In this document: piece by piece, positions 41,040 to 51,400 of the stretch | Layout of the letters: each line of letters starts with the position of its first letter | Numbering within the stretch: position 1 is the stretch's first letter | DNA from: the human T2T-CHM13v2.0 reference genome, Homo sapiens | Length of the DNA: 64,000 nt | Direction: 5' to 3' (one strand) | NCBI RefSeq assembly: GCF_009914755.1 | Contig: NC_060940.1 | Notes under the pieces: model-generated | Databases searched by the model: none | What the model saw: the letters and a program-made list of their open reading frames with translations, nothing else | Told to the model about the DNA's origin: nothing | Made by a program: the position numbers and the translations under genes

Positions 41040-44000
41040 TTACACAGAGCAGATTTGAGACACACTTTTGGTGGAATTTGTAAGTGGAGAATTCAGCCGC
41101 TTTGAGGTCAACGGTAGAAAAGGAAATATCTTCGTATAAAAACTAGAAAGAATGATTCTCAGAAACTGTTTTGTGATGTGTGCGTTCAACTCACAGAGTT
41201 TAACCTTTCTTTTCAAAGAGCAGTTAGGAAACACTCTGTTTGTAAAGTCTGCAAGTGGATATTCAGACCTCTTTGAAGCCTTCGTTGGAAACGGGATTTC
41301 ATCATATTATGCTAGACAGATGAATTCTCAGTAACTTCCTTGTGTTGTGTGTATTCAACTCACAGAGTTGGACGATCCTTTACACAGAGCAGATTTGAAA
41401 CACTGTTTTTCTGGAATTTGCAAGTGGAGATTTCAGCCGCTTTGAGGTCAATGGTAGAAAAGGAAATATCTTCGTATAAAAACTGGACAGAATGATTCTC
41501 AGAAACTCCTTTGTGATGTGTGCGTTCAACTCACAGAGTTTAACCTTTCTTTTCACAGAGCAGTTAGGAAACACTCTGTTTGTGAAGCCTGCCAGTGGAT
41601 ATTCGGACCTCTTTGAGGCCTTCGTTGGAAACGGGATTTCTTCATATTTTGCTAGACAGAAGATTTCTCAGTAACTTCTTTGTGTTGTGTGTATGCAACT
41701 CACAGAGTTCAACCTTCCTTTAGACAGAGCAGATTTGAAACACTCTTTTTGTGGAATTTGCAAGTGGAGATTTCAAGCGCATCGATGCCAATGGTAGAAA
41801 AGGAAATATCTTCGTATAAAAACAAGACAAACTCGTTCCCAGACACTGCGTAGTGATGTGTGTGTTTAACTCACAGAGTTTAACCTTTCTTTTCATACAG
41901 CATTCTGGAAACCCTCTGTTTGTAAAGTCTGCAAGTGGATATTTGGACCTCTTAGATGCCTTCGTTGGAAACGGGATTTCTTCATATAATGCTAGAGGGA
42001 AGAATTCTTAGTAACTTCTTTGTGTTGTGTGTATTCAACTGACAGAGTTGAATCTTCCTTTAGACAGAGCAGATTTGAAAGTCTCTTTTTGTGGAATTTG
42101 CAAGTGGAGATTTCAAGCGCTTTGAGGCCAAAGGCAGAAAAGGAAATATCTTCGTATAAAAACCCGACAGAATCATTCTCAGAAACTGCTCTGTGATGTG
42201 TGCGTTCAACTCACAGAGTTTAACTTTTCTTTTCATTCAGCAGTTTGGAAACACTGTTTGGAAAGTCTGCACGTGGATATTTTGACCTCTTTGAGGCCTT
42301 CGTTGGAAACGGGTTTTTTTCATGTAAGGCTAGACAGAAGAAATCTCAGTAACTTCCTTGTGTTGTGTGTATTCAACTGACAGAGTTGAACCTTCCTTTA
42401 GACAGAGCAGATTCGAAACGCTCTTTTTCTGCAATTTGCAAGTGGAGACTTCAAGCGCTTTGAGGCCAAAGGCAGAAAAGGAAATATCTTCGTATAAAAA
42501 TCCGACAGAATCATTCTCAGAAACTGCTCTGTGATGTGTGCGTTCAACTCACAGAGTTTAACTTTTCTTTTCATTCAGCAGTTTGGAAACACTCTGTTTG
42601 TAAAGTCTGCAAGTGGATATCTTGGCCTCTTAGAGGCCTTCGTTGGAAACGGGTTTTTTCATGTAAGGATAGACAGAGGAATTCCCAGTAACTTCCTTGT
42701 GTTGTGTGCATTCAACTCACAGAGTTGAATGATTCTTTACACAGAGCAGATTTGAGACACTCTTTTGGTGGAATTTGTAAGTGGAGAATTCAGCCGCTTT
42801 GAGGTCAACGGTAGAAAAGGAAATATCTTCGTATAAAAACTAGACAGAATGATTCTCAGAAACTGTTTTGTGATGTGTGCGTTCAACTCACACAGTTTAA
42901 CCTTTCTTTTCAGAGAGCAGTTAGGAAACACTCTGTTTGTAAAGTCTGCAAGTGGATATTCAGACCTCTTTGAGGCCTTCGTTGGAAACGGGATTTCTTC
43001 ATATTATGCTAGACAGATGAATTCTCAGTAACTTCCTTGTGTTGTGTGTATTCAACTCACAGAGTTGAACGATCCTTTACACAGAGCAGATTTGAAACAC
43101 TGTTTTTCTGGAATTTGCAAGTGGAGATTTCAGCCGATTTGAGGTCAATGGTAGAAAAGGAAATATCTTCGTATAAAAACTAGACAGAATGATTCTCAGA
43201 AACTCCTTTGTGATGTGTGCGTTCAACTCACAGAGTTTAACCTTTCTTTTCACAGAGCAGTTAGGAAACACTCTGTTTGTGAAGCCTGCCAGTGGATATT
43301 CGGACCTCTTTGAGGCCTTCGTTGGAAACGGGATTTCTTCATATTATGCTAGACAGAAGATTTCTCAGTAACTTCTTTGTGTTGTGTGTATGCAACTCAC
43401 AGAGTTCAACCTTCCTTTAGACAGAGCAGATTTGAAACACTCTTTTTGTGGAATTTGCAAGTGGAGATTTCAAGCGCTTCGATGCCAATGGTAGAAAAGG
43501 AAATATCTTCGTATAAAAACAAGACAAACTCGTTCCCAGACACTGCGTAGTGATGTGTGTGTTTAACTCACAGAGTTTAACCTTTCTTTTCATACAGCAT
43601 TCTGGAAACCCTGTGTTTGTAAAGTCTGCAAGTGGATATTTGGACCTCTTAGATGCCTTCGTTGGAAACGGGATTTCTTCATATAATGCTAGAGGGAAGA
43701 ATTCTTAGTAACTTCTTTGTGTTGTGTGTATTCAACTGACAGAGTTGAACCTTCCTTTAGACAGAGCAGATTTGAAAGTCTCTTTTTGTGGAATTTGCAA
43801 GTGGAGATTTCAAGCGCTTTGAGGCCAAAAGCAGAAAAGGAAATATTTTCGTATAAAAACTCGACAGAATCTTTCTCAGAAACTGCTCTGGGATGTGTGC
43901 GTTCAACTCACAGAGTTTAACTTTTCTTTCCATTCAGCAGTTTGGAAACACTCTGTTTGGAAAGTCTGCACGTGGATATTTTGACCTCTTTGAGGCCTTC

Positions 44001-44436
44001 GTTGGAAAAGGGTTTTTTTTCATGTAAGGCTAGACAGAAGAAATCTCAGTAACTTCCTTGTGTTGTGTGTATTCAACTGACAGAGTTGAACCTTCCTTTA
44101 GACAGAGCAGATTCGAAACACTCTTTTTCTGCAATTTGCAAGTGGAGACTTCAAGCGCTTTGAGGTCAAAGGCAGAAAAGGAAATATCTTCGTATAAAAA
44201 CCCGACAGAATCATTCTCAGAAACTGCTCTGTGATGTGTGCGTTCAACTCACAGAGTTTAACTTTTCTTTTCATTCAGCAGTTTGGAAACACTCTGTTTG
44301 TAAAGTCTGCAAGTGGATATCTTGGCCTCTTAGAGGCCTTCGTTGGAAACGGGTTTTTTCATGTAAGGTTAGACAGAGGAATTCCCAGTAACTTCCTTGT
44401 GTTGTGTGCATTCAACTCACAGAGTTGAATGATTCT

Positions 44437-45450
44437 TTACACAGAGCAGATTTGAGACACTCTTTGGGTGGAATTTGTAAGTGGAGAATTCAGCCGCTTT
44501 GAAGTCAACGGTAGAAAAGGAAATATCTTCGTATAAAAACTAGACAGAATGATTCTCAGAAACTGTTTTGTGATGTGTGCGTTCAACTCACAGAGTTTAA
44601 CCTTTCTTTTCAAAGAGCAGTTAGGAAACACTCTGTAAAGTCTGCAAGTGGATATTCAGACCTCTTTGAGGCCTTCGTTGGAAACGGGATTTCTTCATAT
44701 AATGCTAGAGGGAAGAATTCTTAGTAACTTCTTTGTGTTGTGTGTATTCAACTGACAGAGTTGAACCTTCCTTTAGACAGAGCAGATTTGAAAGTCTCTT
44801 TTTGTGGAATTTGCAAGTGGAGATTTCAAGCGCTTTGAGGCCAAAAGCAGAAAAGGAAATATTTTCCTATAAAAACTAGAGAGAATCATTCTCAGAAACT
44901 GCTCTGTGATGTGTGTGTTCAACTCACAGAGTTTAACTTTCTTTTCATTCAGCAGTTTGGAAACACTCTGTTTGGAAAGTCTGCACGTGGATATTTTGAC
45001 CTCTTTGAGGCCTTCGTTGGAAACGGGTTTTTTTCATGTAAGGCTAGACAGAAGAAATCTCAGTAACTTCCTTGTGTTGTGTGTATTCAACTGACAGAGT
45101 TGAACCTTCCTTTAGACAGAGCAGATTCGAAACGCTCTTTTTCTGCAATTTGCAAGTGGAGACTTCAAGCGCTTTGAGGCCAAAGGCAGAAAAGGAAATA
45201 TCTTCGTATAAAAACCCGACAGAATCATTCTCAGAAACTGCTCTGTGATGTGTGCGTTCAACTCACAGAGTTTAACTTTTCTTTTCATTCAGCAGTTTGG
45301 AAACACTCTGTTTGTAAAGTCTGCAAGTGGATATCTTGGCCTCTTAGAGGCCTTCGTTGGAAACGCGTTTTTTCATGTAAGGTTAGACAGAGGAATTCCC
45401 AGTAACTTCCTTGTGTTGTGTGCATTCAACTCACAGAGTTGAATGATTCT
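44437..45450 (+). repeat. 6-mer HOR variant, copy 9 (1014 bp)
   Basis: Marker spacing 1014; same junction. Confidence 0.93.
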
Positions 45451-48400
45451 TTACACAGAGCAGATTTGAGACACACTTTTGGTGGAATTTGTAAGTGGAG
45501 AATTCAGCCGCTTTGAGGTCAACGGTAGAAAAGGAAATATCTTCGTATAAAAAGTAGACAGAATGATTCTCAGAAACTGTTTTGTGATGTGTGCGTTCAA
45601 CTCACAGAGTTTAACCTTTCTTTTCAAAGAGCAGTTAGGAAACACTCTGTTTGTAAAGTCTGCAAGTGGATATTCAGACCTCTTTGAGGCCTTCGTTGGA
45701 AACGGGATTTCTTCATATTATGCTAGACAGATGAATTCTCAGTAACTTCCTTGTGTTGTGTGTATTCAACTCACAGAGTTGAACGATCCTTTACACAGAG
45801 CAGATTTGAAACACTGTTTTTCTGGAATTTGCAAGTGGAGATTTCAGCCGCTTTGAGGTCAATGGTAGAAAAGGAAATATCTTCGTATAAAAACTAGACA
45901 GAATGATTCTCAGAAACTCCTTTGTGATGTGTGCGTTCAACTCACAGAGTTTAACCTTTCTTTTCACAGAGCAGTTAGGAAACACTCTGTTTGTGAAGCC
46001 TGCCAGTGGATATTCGGACCTCTTTGAGGCCTTCGTTGGAAACGGGATTTCTTCATATTATGCTAGACAGAAGATTTCTCAGTAACTTCTTTGTGTTGTG
46101 TGTATGCAACTCACAGAGTTCAACCTTCCTTTAGACAGAGCAGATTTGAAACACTCTTTTTGTGGAATTTGCAAGTGGAGATTTCAAACGCTTCGATGCC
46201 AATGGTAGAAAAGGAAATATCTTCGTATAAAAACAAGACAAACTCGTTCCCAGACACTGCGTAGTGATGTGTGTGTTTAACTCACAGAGTTTAACCTTTC
46301 TTTTCATACAGCATTCTGGAAACCCTCTGTTTGTAAAGTCTGCAAGTGGATATTTGGACCTCTTAGATGCCTTCGTTGGAAACGGGATTTCTTCATATAA
46401 TGCTAGAGGGAAGAATTCTTAGTAACTTCTTTGTGTTGTGTGTATTCAACTGACAGAGTTGAACCTTCCTTTAGACAGAGCAGATTTGAAAGTCTCTTTT
46501 TGTGGAATTTGCAAGTGGAGATTTCAAGCGCTTTGAGGCCAAAAGCAGAAAAGGAAATATTTTCCTATAAAAACTCGACAGAATCTTTCTCAGAAACTGC
46601 TCTGGGATGTGTGCGTTCAACTCACAGAGTTTAACTTTTCTTTTCATTCAGCAGTTTGGAAACACTCTGTTTGGAAAGTCTGCACGTGGATATTTTGACC
46701 TCTTTGAGGCCTTCGTTGGAAACGGGTTTTTTTCATGTAAGGCTAGACAGAAGAAATCTCAGTAACTTCCTTGTGTTGTGTGTATTCAACTGACAGAGTT
46801 GAACCTTCCTTTAGACACAGCAGATTCGAAACACTCTTTTTCTGCAATTTGCAAGTGGAGACTTCAAGCGCTTTGAGGCCAAAGGCAGAAAAGGAAATAT
46901 CTTCGTATAAAAACCCGACAGAATCATTCTCAGAAACTGCTCTGTGATGTGTGCGTTCAACTCACAGAGTTTAACTTTTCTTTTCATTCAGCAGTTTGGA
47001 AACACTCTGTTTGTAAAGTCTGCAAGTGGATATCTTGGCCTCTTAGAGGCCTTCGTTGGAAACGGGTTTTATCATGTAAGGTTAGACAGAGGAATTCCCA
47101 GTAACTTCCTTGTGTTGTGTGCATTCAACTCACAGAGTTGAATGATTCTTTACACAGAGCAGATTTGAGACACTCTTTTGGTGGAATTTGTAAGTGGAGA
47201 ATTCAGCCGCTTTGAGGTCAACGGTAGAAAAGGAAATATCTTCGTATAAAAACTAGACAGAATGATTCTCAGAAACTGTTTTGTGATGTGTGCGTTCAAC
47301 TCACAGAGTTTAACCTTTCTTTTCAAAGAGCAGTTAGGAAACACTCTGTTTGTAAAGTCTGCAAGTGGATATTCAGACCTCTTTGAGGCCTTTGTTGGAA
47401 ACGGGATTTCTTCATATTATGCTAGACAGATGAATTCTCAGTAACTTCCTTGTGTTGTGTGTATTCAACTCACAGAGTTGAACGATCCTTTACACAGAGC
47501 AGATTTGAAACACTGTTTTTCTGCAATTTGCAAGTGGAGATTTCAGCCGCTTTGAGGTCAATGGTAGAAAAGGAAATATCTTCGTATAAAAACTAGACAG
47601 AATGATTCTCAGAAACTCCTTTGTGATGTGTGCGTTCAACTCACAGAGTTTAACCTTTCTTTTCACAGAGCAGTTAGGAAACACTCTGTTTGTGAAGCCT
47701 GCCAGTGGATATTCGGACCTCTTTGAGGCCTTCGTTGGAAACGGGATTTCTTCATATTATGCTAGACAGAAGATTTCTCAGTAACTTCTTTGTGTTGTGT
47801 GTATGCAACTCACAGAGTTCAACCTTCCTTTAGACAGAGCAGATTTGAAACACTCTTTTTGTGGAATTTGCAAGTGGAGATTTCAAGCGCTTCGATGCCA
47901 ATGGTAGAAAAGGAAATATCTTCGTATAAAAACAAGACAAACTCGTTCCCAGACACTGCGTAGTGATGTGTGTGTTTAACTCACAGAGTTTAACCTTTCT
48001 TTTCATACAGCATTCTGGAAACCCTGTGTTTGTAAAGTCTGCAAGTGGATATTTGGACCTCTTAGATGCCTTCGTTGGAAACGGGATTTCTTCATATAAT
48101 GCTAGAGGGAAGAATTCTTAGTAACTTCTTTGTGTTGTGTGTATTCAACTGACAGAGTTGAACCTTCCTTTAGACAGAGCAGATTTGAAAGTCTCTTTTT
48201 GTGGAATTTGCAAGTGGAGATTTCAAGCGCTTTGAGGCCGAAAGCAGAAAAGGAAATATTTTCCTATAAAAACTCGACAGAATCTTTCTCAGAAACTGCT
48301 GTGGGATGTGTGCGTTCAACTCACAGAGTTTAACTTTTCTTTTCATTCAGCAGTTTGGAAACACTCTGTTTGGAAAGTCTGCACGTGGATATTTTGACCT

Positions 48401-51400
48401 CTTTGAGGCCTTCGTTGGAAACGGGTTTTTTTCATGTAAGGCTAGACAGAAGAAATCTCAGTAACTTCCTTGTGTTGTGTGTATTCAACTGACAGAGTTG
48501 AACCTTCCTTTAGACAGAGCAGATTCGAAACACTCTTTTTCTGCAATTTGCAAGTGGAGACTTCAAGCGATTTGAGGCCAAAGGCAGAAAAGGAAATATC
48601 TTCGTATAAAAACCCGACAGAATCATTCTCAGAAACTGCTCTGTGATGTGTGCGTTCAACTCACAGAGTTTAACTTTTCTTTTCATTCAGCAGTTTGGAA
48701 ACACTCTGTTTGTAAAGTCTGCAAGTGGATATCTTGGCCTCTTAGAGGCCTTCGTTGGAAACGGGTTTTTTCATGTAAGGATAGACAGAGGAATTCCCAG
48801 TAACTTCCTTGTGTTGTGTGCATTCAACTCACAGAGTTGAATGATTCTTTACACAGAGCAGATTTGAGACACTCTTTTGGTGGAATTTGTAAGTGGAGAA
48901 TTCAGCCGCTTTGAGGTCAACGGTAGAAAAGGAAATATCTTCGTATAAAAACTAGACAGAATGATTCTCAGAAACTGTTTTGTGATGTGTGCGTTCAACT
49001 CACAGAGTTTAACCTTTCTTTTCAAAGAGCAGTTAGGAAACACTCTGTTTGTAAAGTCTGCAAGTGGATATTCAGACCTCTTTGAGGCCTTCGTTGGAAA
49101 CGGGATTTCTTCATATTATGCTAGACAGATGAATTCTCAGTAACTTCCTTGTGTTGTGTGTATTCAACTCACAGAGTTGAACGATCCTTTACACAGAGCA
49201 GATTTGAAACACTGTTTTTCTGGAATTTGCAAGTGGAGATTTCAGCCGCTTTGAGGTCAATGGTAGAAAAGGAAATATCTTCGTATAAAAACTAGACAGA
49301 ATGATTCTCAGAAACTCCTTTGTGATGTGTGCGTTCAACTCACAGAGTTTAACCTTTCTTTTCACAGAGCAGTTAGGAAACACTCTGTTTGTGAAGCCTG
49401 CCAGTGGATAATCGGACCTCTTTGAGGCCTTCGTTGGAAACGGGATTTCTTCATATTATGCTAGACAGAAGATTTCTCAGTAACTTCTTTGGGTTGTGTG
49501 TATGCAACTCACAGAGTTCAACCTTCCTTTAGAGAGAGCATATTTGAAACACTCTTTTTGTGGAATTTGCAAGTGGAGATTTCAAGCGCTTCGATGCCAA
49601 TGGTAGAAAAGGAAATATCTTCGTATAAAAACAAGACAAACTCGTTCCCAGACACTGCGTAGTGATGTGTGTGTTTAACTCACAGAGTTTAACCTTTCTT
49701 TTCATACAGCATTCTGGAAACCCTCTGTTTGTAAAGTCTGCAAGTGGATATTTGGACCTCTTAGATGCCTTCGTTGGAAACGGGATTTCTTCATATAATG
49801 CTAGAGGGAAGAATTCTTAGTAACTTCTTTGTGTTGTGTGTATTCAACTGACAGAGTTGAACCTTCCTTTAGACAGAGCAGATTTGAAAGTCTCTTTCTG
49901 TGGAATTTGCAAGTGGAGATTTCAAGCGCTTTGAGGCCAAAAGCAGAAAAGGAAATATTTTCCTATAAAAACTCGACAGAATCTTTCTCAGAAACTGCTC
50001 TGGGATGTGTGCGTTCAACTCACAGAGTTTAACTTTTCTTTTCATTCAGCAGTTTGGAAACACTCTGTTTGGAAAGTCTGCACGTGGATATTTTGACCTC
50101 TTTGAGGCCTTCGTTGGAAACGGGTTTTTTTCATGTAAGGCTAGACAGAAGAAATCTCAGTAACTTCCTTGTGTTGTGTGTATTCAACTGACAGAGTTGA
50201 ACCTTCCTTTAGACAGAGCAGATTCGAAACACTCTTTTTCTGCAATTTGCAAGTGGAAACTTCAAGCGCTTTGAGGCCAAAGGCAGAAAAGGAAATATCT
50301 TCGTATAAAAACCCGACAGAATCACTCTCAGAAACTGCTCTGTGATGTGTGCGTTCAACTCACAGAGTTTAACTTTTCTTTTCATTCAGCAGTTTGGAAA
50401 CACTCTGTTTGTAAAGTCTGCAAGTGGATATCTTGGCCTCTTAGAGGCCTTCGTTGGAAACGGGTTTTTTCATGTAAGGTTAGACAGAGGAATTCCCAGT
50501 AACTTCCTTGTGTTGTGTGCATTCAACTCACAGAGTTGAATGATTCTTTACACAGAGCAGATTTGAGACACTCTTTTGGTGGAATTTGTAAGTGGAGAAT
50601 TCAGCCGCTTTGAGGTCAACGGTAGAAAAGGAAATATCTTCGTATAAAAACTAGACAGAATGATTCTCAGAAACTGTTTTGTGATGTGTGCGTTCAACTC
50701 ACAGAGTTTAACCTTTCTTTTCAAAGAGCAGTTAGGAAACACTCTGTTTGTAAAGTCTGCAAGTGGATATTCAGACCTCTTTGAGGCCTTCGTTGGAAAC
50801 GGGATTTCTTCATATTATGCTAGACAGATGAATTCTCAGTAACTTCCTTGTGTTGTGTGTATTCAACTCACAGAGTTGAACGATCCTTTACACAGAGCAG
50901 ATTTGAAACACTGTTTTTCTGGAATTTGCAAGTGGAGATTTCAGCCGCTTTGAGGTCAATGGTAGAAAAGGAAATATCTTCGTATAAAAACTAGACAGAA
51001 TGATTCTCAGAAACTCCTTTGTGATGTGTGCGTTCAACTCACAGAGTTTAACCTTTCTTTTCACAGAGCAGTTAGGAAACACTCTGTTTGTGAAGCCTGC
51101 CAGTGGATATTCGGACCTCTTTGAGGCCTTCGTTGGAAACGGGATTTCTTCATATTATGCTAGACAGAAGATTTCTCAGTAACTTCTTTGGGTTGTGTGT
51201 ATGCAACTCACAGAGTTCAACCTTCCTTTAGACAGAGCAGATTTGAAACACTCTTTTTGTGGAATTTGCAAGTGGAGATTTCAAACGCTTCGATGCCAAT
51301 GGTAGAAAGGGAAATATCTTCGTATAAAAACAAGACAAACTCATTCCCAGACACTGCGTAGTGATGTGTGTGTTTAACTCACAGAGTTTAACCTTTCTTT

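Larger units (their letters stand above)
14261..45450 (+). repeat. Domain 2: interspersed 6-mer and 10-mer HORs
   Basis: Nine 1013-1014 bp intervals are each separated by one or two ~1697 bp intervals. Confidence 0.93.
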
